DNA of 48,958 nt from Bacteroidota bacterium (GTDB taxonomy: Bacteria > Bacteroidota > Bacteroidia > AKYH767-A > OLB10), in NCBI GenBank assembly GCA_046049215.1, contig JBJOER010000259.1, positions 1 through 48,958 of the forward strand, written 5' to 3'. This document shows, one piece after another, positions 27,094 through 35,000 of the stretch. Position numbers and translations under genes: made by a program. The notes beneath the pieces were generated by a model. That model did not search any database, was not told the DNA's origin, and saw only the letters and a list, made by a program, of their open reading frames with translations. Position 1 is the stretch's first letter, and each line of letters opens with the position of its first letter.

Positions 27094-30000
27094 ATGAACA
27101 AACATTTTCTTGCCACACTGGCCACATGGCTGGGCATTTCTTCGGCCGCCCTTGGCCAGGCTCAATTGCAGGTGATCCACAACTGCGCTGACCCTGCAGC
27201 TGCTATTGTTGATGTCTATGTCAACGGAACTCTTGCTCTTGACGATTTCAACTTCCGCGAGGCCACACCGTTTCTTACCCTACCCTCCGGAGTCACCATC
27301 GATATCGGCATTGCTCCTGCCAACAGCAGTAACGCCAACGATACTTTGGTCAACTTCCCGGTTCAATTGATAGCCAATGAAAAGTATGTGGCTGTCGCAA
27401 GCGGTGTATTGTCGCCTGCTTCATTCGCAGCGAATCCCGACGGAATAGGTACCGGATTCCAATTGCTGATTTCCGACGGAATGCGTACGTCATCCGCAAC
27501 AGCAGGACAGGTTGACTTGCGTGTTTTGCACGGTTCCACCGATGCTCCGGCAGTGGATGTGATCGCCCAGGGTGTAGGCACTTTGGTTAACGATGCAGCA
27601 TACACCGATGTCACCGGTTATATCAGTGTAGCTCCTGTTGATGTATTGCTGGACATCACCCCCGCCAATAACAATACCATTGTTGTGGGCACCTATGCTG
27701 CTCCTCTCAGCATCCTTGCTGACAGTGCTGCCATTGTATTCGCATCCGGATTCCTTGATCCCGCTGCGAACAACAATGGGGCGGCCTTCGGTCTTTTTGC
27801 AGCATTGCCTTCCGGTCTTGTAGTTCCGCTTACTCCTGTCGGCTTAGCGCGATTGCAGGTCATCCACAACTGCGCCGATCCTGCCGCAGCACAAGTTGAC
27901 GTTTATTTGAACGGATCATTACTGCTTAACGACTTTGGATTCCGCACTGCCACTCCATACATCGACGTTACCTCCAACATCGTACAGAATATCGGTATAG
28001 CTCCCGGAAACAGTCTTTCGGCAGCCGATACGCTCGTGAATATACCCATTACACTGAACAGCAACGGAACCTATGTCGCCATCGCAAGCGGAGTATTGGA
28101 TCCAAGCCTTTTTGCAGCCAATCCGGACGGAATAAACACCGGCTTCCAGCTCAACTTATTCGACAACATGCAGGAATCGGCACTGAACCCCGCAAACACG
28201 GAGTTCGCGGTATTGCATGGTGCTACGGATGCACCGGCAGTAGATGTGTATGCACGTAACGTCGCACAGCTTGTTGACGATGCTGCTTACGGAACCATTA
28301 CTTCTTATCTGTCCGTTCCGGCCTCCGATTATATCCTCGATATCACTCCTGCAGCAGGAAGCCCTATCCTGGTCAGCTATTCCGCACCTTTAAGTTCGCT
28401 CGCGGGACAGGCATTTGTTGCCTTCGCTTCCGGATTCCTCGACCCTGCCCAAAACAACAACGGACCTTCTTTTGGACTGTATGCAGCACTTGCAGACGGA
28501 ACCGTCATACCGCTTGAAGACACTGCAACAGCACGCCTCCAAATCATCCACAATTCAGCCGATCCGGCCGCAGCCCAAGTGGATATCTATGTCAACGGCA
28601 GCATCCTGATCGACGATTTCGCCTTTCGCAGCGCCACATCCTATATCGACGTGCCTGCAGAGACTACACTTGACATCGGCATCGCTCCGGGCAACAGTAC
28701 GTCGGCAAATGACACCCTTGTGAATATTCCTGTCGTATTGTCCAATAATGGAACCTACGTCGCCATCGCCAACGGTGTCCTGGCACCTTCATCATTCGCT
28801 TCGAACCCCAATGGTGTTTCTACCGGATTTCAATTGCTCTTACACGACGGTATGCGTGAAGCTGCGCTTACGACCGGCGATGTCGATTTCCGTGTACTAC
28901 ACGGTGCAACCGATGCTCCGGCAGTTGACGTGAAAGTCCGCAACGGCGCCACATTGGTGAACGGAGCACAATACACCGACTTCACCGCCTATATATCGGT
29001 TCCGTCCAACGACTACCTGCTTGACATTTGTGCATCAGGAACATCCACCATCGTGGCCAGCTACACCGCTCCATTGACTGCAATTCCAGACTTGTCGGCC
29101 GTCGTATTCGCTTCAGGCTTTTTGGATCCTTCTCAAAACAACAATGGTGAAGCCTTCGGACTCTTCGCTGCACTGCCTGACGGAACCGTAGTTCCATTCA
29201 CCAAGACCAGCGTCGCCCGCGCTCAGATCATCCACAACTGCGCGGATCCCGCTGCAGACAGCGTCGATATCTATATCAACGGAAGCCTTGCGCTCGACAA
29301 CTTCCCCTTCCGTTCCGCCACGCCCTACATCGACGTCACTGCCGATACTGCAATGAACATCGGTATCGCTCCTAAAACATCGAACGGCGTGAACGACACC
29401 CTGGTAAGCTACAATGTCACCTTGAATAACGGCGAAACCTACGTTGCCATCGCCAGCGGAGTGCTTAACCCTGCAAGTTTCGTTTCCAACCCGAACGGCG
29501 TATCGACCGGATTCCAATTGCTGCTCTTCAACGGCATGCGGGAAGCTGCCATCAACCCGCTTGAAGTTGACTTCCGCGCATTGCATGGTGTTACCGACGC
29601 CCCTGCAGTCGACATCATCGCACAAAACGTAGGTGCGCTGGTCAGCGGAGCACAGTATACCGATTTCACTTCTTACATCAATGTTCCGGCCGGTAACTAC
29701 GTGTTGGATGTGAACGCAGCAGGAACATCAACGACTGTCGCCAGCTTCAATGCACCTCTGAGCGGAGTGCCGGGTGTTTCCGGTGTGGTATTCGCTTCGG
29801 GCTTCCTGAATCCTGCTCAAAACCAGTCGGGACAACCGTTCGGATTGTTCGCCGCACTCTCTAACGGGACTGTCGTACCTTTCCCTCCTGTCAGCGCACC
29901 AAGTACCGCGCGCCTTCAGGTCATCCACAACTGCGCAGACCCGCTGGCCGACAGCGTGGACATTTATGTAGGTTCAATCCTTGCCGTTGACAACTTCGCC

Positions 30001-30858
30001 TTCCGCACTGCAACACCGTTCGCCGACGTACCTGCAGGCCAGACCTTCACTGTTGGCGTAGCGCCCAAGAACTCAACCAGTGTGAACGACACGTTGATCA
30101 GCTACGACATTCAACTGACAGGCGGCGAAACCTATGTGGCCGTCGCCAGCGGAGTATTGACACCGTCGAATTTTGCCGTGAATCCTGACGGCCGTCCGAC
30201 CGGATTCAGCCTCATCCTTCAAAACCAGATGCAGGAAACGGCACAAAGTCCGGGCAATGTCGACTTCAGGGTTCTTCATGGTTCTACGGATGCTCCCACG
30301 GTTGACATTATCGAAACCGGATCCGGCATTCTCGTCGACGACGCAGCCTATACCGACGTTACACCCTACCTGAGTGCACCTGCGGCCTCTTACACCCTGT
30401 TGATCACACCAGGAAATAACAATTCTGTGGTGGTAGCGGCATATGTTGCCGACATCAGTACACTAGGTGGTTCGGCAGGACTTGTATTTGCATCCGGATT
30501 CCTTGATCCCTCGACGAACCAGAACGGACCGGCCTTCGGACTGTTTGCAGCCTTGCCCAACGGCACTGTAATCCCCTTCCAAAATGTGACCGGAATTGAA
30601 GAAAATGAAGCTTTGAACAACATCCGCATCTATCCTAACCCGACTAACGATGGATTAAACATTTCGATGGCGTCCACAAGCGACATCCGTTCCATGAACA
30701 TCGTTGACCTCAGCGGAAAAATCGTCGCCACTCCAACACTGCAATTCAACGGACAAACCATCCGTTGTGATGTAAATGAACTTGCCGCCGGAATGTACAT
30801 GCTCAACATCATGACTGATGATGGCGTGATGACTGAACGATTCAGCATCGTTCGTTAA
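27094..30858 (+). CDS. T9SS-secreted giant repeat protein (about ten DUF4397-like modules + type A sorting domain)
   Basis: The ORF-track start at 27061 is TTG. The ATG at 27094 gives MNKHFLATLATWLGISSAALGQ (signal peptide). Five tandem units of about 229 aa follow. C-terminus IRIYPNPTNDGLNI...GMYMLNIMTDDGVMTERFSIVR is a T9SS CTD. Confidence 0.85.
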   Translation: MNKHFLATLATWLGISSAALGQAQLQVIHNCADPAAAIVDVYVNGTLALDDFNFREATPFLTLPSGVTIDIGIAPANSSNANDTLVNFPVQLIANEKYVAVASGVLSPASFAANPDGIGTGFQLLISDGMRTSSATAGQVDLRVLHGSTDAPAVDVIAQGVGTLVNDAAYTDVTGYISVAPVDVLLDITPANNNTIVVGTYAAPLSILADSAAIVFASGFLDPAANNNGAAFGLFAALPSGLVVPLTPVGLARLQVIHNCADPAAAQVDVYLNGSLLLNDFGFRTATPYIDVTSNIVQNIGIAPGNSLSAADTLVNIPITLNSNGTYVAIASGVLDPSLFAANPDGINTGFQLNLFDNMQESALNPANTEFAVLHGATDAPAVDVYARNVAQLVDDAAYGTITSYLSVPASDYILDITPAAGSPILVSYSAPLSSLAGQAFVAFASGFLDPAQNNNGPSFGLYAALADGTVIPLEDTATARLQIIHNSADPAAAQVDIYVNGSILIDDFAFRSATSYIDVPAETTLDIGIAPGNSTSANDTLVNIPVVLSNNGTYVAIANGVLAPSSFASNPNGVSTGFQLLLHDGMREAALTTGDVDFRVLHGATDAPAVDVKVRNGATLVNGAQYTDFTAYISVPSNDYLLDICASGTSTIVASYTAPLTAIPDLSAVVFASGFLDPSQNNNGEAFGLFAALPDGTVVPFTKTSVARAQIIHNCADPAADSVDIYINGSLALDNFPFRSATPYIDVTADTAMNIGIAPKTSNGVNDTLVSYNVTLNNGETYVAIASGVLNPASFVSNPNGVSTGFQLLLFNGMREAAINPLEVDFRALHGVTDAPAVDIIAQNVGALVSGAQYTDFTSYINVPAGNYVLDVNAAGTSTTVASFNAPLSGVPGVSGVVFASGFLNPAQNQSGQPFGLFAALSNGTVVPFPPVSAPSTARLQVIHNCADPLADSVDIYVGSILAVDNFAFRTATPFADVPAGQTFTVGVAPKNSTSVNDTLISYDIQLTGGETYVAVASGVLTPSNFAVNPDGRPTGFSLILQNQMQETAQSPGNVDFRVLHGSTDAPTVDIIETGSGILVDDAAYTDVTPYLSAPAASYTLLITPGNNNSVVVAAYVADISTLGGSAGLVFASGFLDPSTNQNGPAFGLFAALPNGTVIPFQNVTGIEENEALNNIRIYPNPTNDGLNISMASTSDIRSMNIVDLSGKIVATPTLQFNGQTIRCDVNELAAGMYMLNIMTDDGVMTERFSIVR
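27160..30594 (+). repeat. five tandem coding repeats of about 0.69 kb (diverged), inside the DUF4397-like gene
   Basis: Units start at 27160, 27847, 28531, 29215 and 29908 (periods 687/684/684/693 nt). Each opens with A[QR][LA]Q[VI]IHN[CS]ADP. Repeats are conserved at protein level and only moderately at DNA level. Confidence 0.9.
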
Positions 30859-30880
30859 CCCAATCCGAATTCAATTCAAA

Positions 30881-30913
30881 AGAGGCTGCCCAAACCGGGC
30901 AGCCTCTTTTTTT
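30881..30913 (+). terminator. intrinsic terminator after the DUF4397-like gene
   Basis: AGAGGCTGCCC-AAACC-GGGCAGCCTCT, a perfect 11-bp stem, followed by TTTTTTT, 23 nt after the stop. Confidence 0.9.
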
Positions 30914-31261
30914 ATCGATAACACCAGCAAAAGACAGAAGCACACTATCGATAAAAAGTAAAAACAGTTCAAAACAATCCGAACTCTTATTCAATTGTAA
31001 AATAGCAGACGAACTCAGCTATAGCAAAACAATACCAACCATCTTACTCAATCGATTTATCCGGTTTATTCTATCGAAAGAAACGATTTCAATTGAACAG
31101 CGAAACAAATCAGCTTTAAACACTCTTCAGAAAAACCGGCACAGTAGTCCGACACAAACAACCGGATTATAAAAAACACTGGCTACCGGAGTTGAAGTCA
31201 AACACATTATTTCCTGGTACTTGACGAATTTCCAACCCTCACACTCAAGCCATAAAATCAA

Positions 31262-31293
31262 AGAGGCGCCCTTGAATCATCAAGGACGCCTCT
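31262..31293 (-). terminator. intrinsic terminator after the S46 peptidase gene
   Basis: Minus-strand RNA AGAGGCGUCCUUGA-UGAU-UCAAGGGCGCCUCU followed by UUGAUUUUAU. The stem is 14 bp with one G.U wobble, which would be an A.C mismatch on the plus strand. It lies 22 nt after the stop. Confidence 0.8.
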
Positions 31294-31315
31294 TTCTTTA
31301 TAGTTCGGACAAAGA

Positions 31316-33490
31316 TCAACGAACCAATTTCATCTCCTTCAACAGGTGACCAGCACCTCCGAATTTATCGATGATGAAAAGGGTATAACGGATATCAACC
31401 GAAATGGTACGCTGCAGTTCGGGCTCGAATGCAAAATCGCTGGCAATCGCTTCCCAGTTGCCATCGAAAGCCGTTCCGATCAACTCTCCTTTGCCATTGA
31501 TGACGGGGCTGCCTGAGTTACCACCGGTGATGTCGTTATCGCTGAGGAAGCAGGCATGCAGTTCACCGTCCGGACCAGCGTAAGGGCCGAAATCCTTCTT
31601 CTTCAGCATGTCGATAAGACGTGCAGGAGCATCGAATTCAATGTCACCGGGGGTGTACTTTTCGACGATTCCTTTTGAAGTGGTGAACGACTTGTAGATC
31701 GTAGCGTCTTTAGCATTATACGGCAACACACGACCGTAGGTCATGCGCATGGTACCGTTCGCATCCGGGTTGAATAACTGCCCGGCCTTCATTTCCATCA
31801 AGGCAGCCTGGAAGAGACGGTTCGCCTTTCCGAGGTCGGAATTGACGGCCATCATTTCAGGTTGGATCTTTCCGATCACGTCCTTCATAAAGCCGTTTGT
31901 CACTATGTAAACAGGATCCTTTTGAAGGGTCGACAAGGAGGGTGATGAAAGGAATTTAGACAGCTTCTCCTTGCTGACGAAGATGGACTTCTTCCACATG
32001 GCATCGGTCATTGCAGTGTAATCGCGCTTGTGCTTGTCGGCCATAGCGATCAATGTAACCGGGAGCCTGCTGTTGTCCAGATCCTCGACCAAATGCATCA
32101 ACACCGAGGCCATCACTTTGCGCTCGATCGGTTCGTAGAACTCCTTGAAATCCGCATCCAGGTCCTTGGCCATTTCGGCGGCCAGCTTCTTCGCTTCCTC
32201 CTTCTTCGTTTTATCTTTCAGCAGTTCCTCCAGCTTACCCATGCCCATGGCAAAGACCATCGGTTGAGAGTTGCTGATTCCATCCTGCATGTAAACACTA
32301 TACAGACCCAGGTTTTTCACTTTGGCATATGCGGATTCGTACATGCCGATCACTCCAGCGTATTGTGTCTTGTTATTCGCCTTGACCCATGCAGAAAAAC
32401 GATTTTCCTCGTCCTTGCGACGCTCGTAGATCTCCAGTTTCTTCAGTGCATCGGCTTCACCCATGAATTTTTTCCAGTAGTTGCTAAGTCCTGCGTACTT
32501 ATCGGCATACATGAGTTTGATCTTCGGATCCTTGTGCATGTACTCCTCATATACGTCCAGGACGTCGCGACGAACCTTCACACGCTTGGGGCGCTCATTG
32601 TCCGAGTAATACTTAATACCCTCGCTGTAGGTATAACGTTGTGTTCTGCCGGGATAGCCCAGGATCATCGCATAACCACCTTCTTCGGCACCGTTCATAC
32701 TGATCGGGAAAGAGTGAGCAGGAACGTAGGGCTTGTTGTCCTTGCTGTATTTGGCAGGCTTGTTGGAGGCATCGGCATAAATGCGGAACATGCTGATATC
32801 GCAGGTGTGGCGGGGCCAGCTCCAGTTATCGGTCTCCCCTCCGAACTTGCCGATGTTTTCCGGAGGAGTTCCAACGAGGCGGATATCCGAAAACACACGA
32901 TAATACATGGCAAGATAACGGTTGCCGGCCCAGAACGGAACGATATCGATCACGTACGAATCTTTATCGTCACCCAAAGCGTCCTTGAGTTTGGTATTCA
33001 CCGACTTGAGAATGCCGGACAGGGCTTTGGCGCGCGCGGCCTCATCCTCGCCTGCAGGAAGGCTGTCGATGACCATGCCGGTCACATCCTCCACTTTACT
33101 AAGCAGACCGATGTTGAAGTTCGCCGGACGCTCTTCATCCAGTGACTTCGCCCAGAAACCATTCGCAAGGATATTGTCTTCATTCGAGCTCAATTCCTGG
33201 ATAGCACCATAACCGCAATGGTGATTGGTCAGGAAAAGGCCCTGACCGGAAATGATCTCGCCTGTGCAAAACATCCTGTTCTGCTTGGTCATCAAACGCA
33301 CAACGGCATCCTTGATGCTGGCTTTGTTAATGCTGTAGATGTCTTCGGCAGTCAGCTTCAATCCACGGGCCTGCATAGAATCCTGGAGTTGGGAGATCAG
33401 GAACATGGGCCACATGCCTTCATCGGCTTGTGCCTTCTTTCCCGTAAACAAGCCCAGCACCAATGCCAGACCTAAAACGATTTTCTTCAT
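31316..33490 (-). CDS. S46 family dipeptidyl-peptidase (DPP7/DPP11-like serine peptidase)
   Basis: Signal peptide followed by ADEGMWPM, TNHHCG (His) and GGNSGSPVING (Ser). 724 aa. Confidence 0.9.
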   Translation of the reverse strand: MKKIVLGLALVLGLFTGKKAQADEGMWPMFLISQLQDSMQARGLKLTAEDIYSINKASIKDAVVRLMTKQNRMFCTGEIISGQGLFLTNHHCGYGAIQELSSNEDNILANGFWAKSLDEERPANFNIGLLSKVEDVTGMVIDSLPAGEDEAARAKALSGILKSVNTKLKDALGDDKDSYVIDIVPFWAGNRYLAMYYRVFSDIRLVGTPPENIGKFGGETDNWSWPRHTCDISMFRIYADASNKPAKYSKDNKPYVPAHSFPISMNGAEEGGYAMILGYPGRTQRYTYSEGIKYYSDNERPKRVKVRRDVLDVYEEYMHKDPKIKLMYADKYAGLSNYWKKFMGEADALKKLEIYERRKDEENRFSAWVKANNKTQYAGVIGMYESAYAKVKNLGLYSVYMQDGISNSQPMVFAMGMGKLEELLKDKTKKEEAKKLAAEMAKDLDADFKEFYEPIERKVMASVLMHLVEDLDNSRLPVTLIAMADKHKRDYTAMTDAMWKKSIFVSKEKLSKFLSSPSLSTLQKDPVYIVTNGFMKDVIGKIQPEMMAVNSDLGKANRLFQAALMEMKAGQLFNPDANGTMRMTYGRVLPYNAKDATIYKSFTTSKGIVEKYTPGDIEFDAPARLIDMLKKKDFGPYAGPDGELHACFLSDNDITGGNSGSPVINGKGELIGTAFDGNWEAIASDFAFEPELQRTISVDIRYTLFIIDKFGGAGHLLKEMKLVR

Positions 33491-33620
33491 AAGTAGATGG
33501 TTTTCTTAAGCGATGCAAAGTAAGGAAATCAGAAGGAAACAACCTCCTGCTCCCGACGGTTAAAGACCGCCCGGAGAATCTCCTCATACGGATCTCAAAA
33601 CCCCGTGATAATGAGCCCCT

Positions 33621-34883
33621 TCAGACGATAATTCCAGCCAGTGTTGCCGAAAGATAAGAGGCAAGTGTTCCGCAGAAAAGTGCCTTCAGGCCCAAACGTG
33701 CCAGATCTCCTTTCCTGCCCGGAGCAAGTTCTCCAATTCCACCGATCTGCATGCCGACACTGGCAAAATTGGCGAAACCACAAATGGCGATGGACACGAC
33801 CAGCAGTCCTTTTTCCGTGAGGATAGGCACCTCTTTACTGGCCAGATTCTTGAAGGCCACAAATTCGTTGATGGTCAACTTCTGCCCCAACAACGTGGCA
33901 ACACTATTGACATCCACAGAAGGTACGCCCATAGCCCAAGCCATTGGATAGAAAATTTTGGAAAAGATCCAATTCAGCGAAAGATCAAAATCCGGGTTGA
34001 ACAGGTGAGCGGCCTTCATCAAGGTCCAATCGACCATGCTGATGAGGGCGATGAAACCAATCAGCATGGCGATCACGTTCATCGCTATCTTAAAGCCTTC
34101 GCCTGCGCCGTGTGAAATCGCATCCACCAGATTGATATATGGACTTTTGACTTCGAGCTTCACATTGCCCATGGTCTCACTTTCCATGGTTTCGGGAAAT
34201 ACGATTTTAGAGATCACCAGGGCTCCCGGAGCAGCCATGAGGCTGGCTGCAATCAGTTTCGGCGCCAGATCGAATCCGGCAGCGGCACCCATGTTCACAT
34301 ACACCACCAGAACGCTTCCGGCGATGCAGGCGAGGCTTCCGCTCATGCTTGCAAGAAGTTCACTCTTGGTCATTCCGGCCAGGTATGGTCGGATCATGAC
34401 CTGTGCCTCCACCTGCCCTACAAAGGCGCTCGCCACGTTACTCAGGGCTTCTGCCCCACTCACCTTCATGATGAAATTCATCGCCTTAGCAACTGCTGAA
34501 ATCACCTTTTGCATTAGACCGACGTGGTACAAAATAGCAACCAACACGCACACCAGGATGATAGTCGCGGTCACATTGAAAGCAAAAACGAAACCACCTG
34601 CCGCGTAATTGGCGACGGACCCGTCAAATTGCATGGAAGCCAAGCCACCATACACGAACGAAGCCCCCTGCCGTGCGAAGAACTCTATTTTCTCCATTCC
34701 GTACCCGAGTTGCTGAAAGAAAGCAGTGACCGGCGGGACCTTCAACACTAATACAGCGATCACAAGTTGAAGCAGCAAACCGCTCACTACAAGACGGATG
34801 TTGATGGCTTTGCGGTTGTTGCTGGCGAGGACCGCCAAGCAAAGTATCAGGATCACACCGATCAGTCCGGTAAATCTTTCCAT
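33621..34883 (-). CDS. NupC/CNT-family concentrative nucleoside transporter
   Basis: 420-aa polytopic protein. The N-terminus MERFTGLIGVILILCLAVLASNNRKAINIRLV and overall pattern are typical of the NupC family. Confidence 0.8.
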   Translation of the reverse strand: MERFTGLIGVILILCLAVLASNNRKAINIRLVVSGLLLQLVIAVLVLKVPPVTAFFQQLGYGMEKIEFFARQGASFVYGGLASMQFDGSVANYAAGGFVFAFNVTATIILVCVLVAILYHVGLMQKVISAVAKAMNFIMKVSGAEALSNVASAFVGQVEAQVMIRPYLAGMTKSELLASMSGSLACIAGSVLVVYVNMGAAAGFDLAPKLIAASLMAAPGALVISKIVFPETMESETMGNVKLEVKSPYINLVDAISHGAGEGFKIAMNVIAMLIGFIALISMVDWTLMKAAHLFNPDFDLSLNWIFSKIFYPMAWAMGVPSVDVNSVATLLGQKLTINEFVAFKNLASKEVPILTEKGLLVVSIAICGFANFASVGMQIGGIGELAPGRKGDLARLGLKALFCGTLASYLSATLAGIIV

Positions 34884-34949
34884 AGGTCAGGTCGAATTAG
34901 TAGTGGGAAAAATAGACAAAAGGCTCCAACTATAGCCATAAATCCCAAC

Positions 34950-34981
34950 AAAAAAGGGCAGAATCCCATCCGCCCTTTTTC
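34950..34981 (-). terminator. weak intrinsic terminator after infB (A-tract/T-tract flanked, could act on either strand)
   Basis: AAAAAGGGC(A)GA...TC(C)GCCCTTTTT: a short GC core extended by A:T pairs. The minus-strand RNA ends in UUUUUUG. It lies about 20 nt after the infB stop. Confidence 0.4.
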
Positions 34982-35000
34982 AATAATTGTATGAACCGAA

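Noticed and set aside
27160-30594. Regular periodicity here and at 42412-42636 was checked as a possible CRISPR or satellite array.
   Set aside because: Both periodic tracts are in-frame coding repeats (units of about 687 nt and 15 nt) inside long ORFs with clear protein-level conservation. There is no repeat-spacer structure and there are no cas genes.
32030-33145. A 371-aa plus-strand ORF. It is the longest of a family of long ORFs opposite real genes: 2796-3221, 9797-10366, 12124-12888, 14793-15272, 19437-20201, 29113-29625, 35058-35576, 36213-36653, 38919-39437, 43790-44353, 44366-45316 and 45620-46036.
   Set aside because: Each is antisense to a gene with strong motifs. By my arithmetic every one sits in the exact codon-phase reverse-complement frame ((sense start minus ORF start) mod 3 = 2). 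In that frame, stops arise only from sense TTA/CTA/TCA codons, which these genes rarely use. The translations are H/R/V/G/D/L-rich with no recognisable motifs or signal peptides. These are classic shadow ORFs.
34036-34608. A 190-aa plus-strand ORF opposite the nucleoside transporter gene. It is not in the codon-phase antisense frame.
   Set aside because: The translation is A/T/S/L/M/R-rich and low in complexity. This mirrors the biased GCN/ATN codon content of a membrane-protein gene. There are no motifs or plausible start context, and the sense-strand CNT transporter is well supported.
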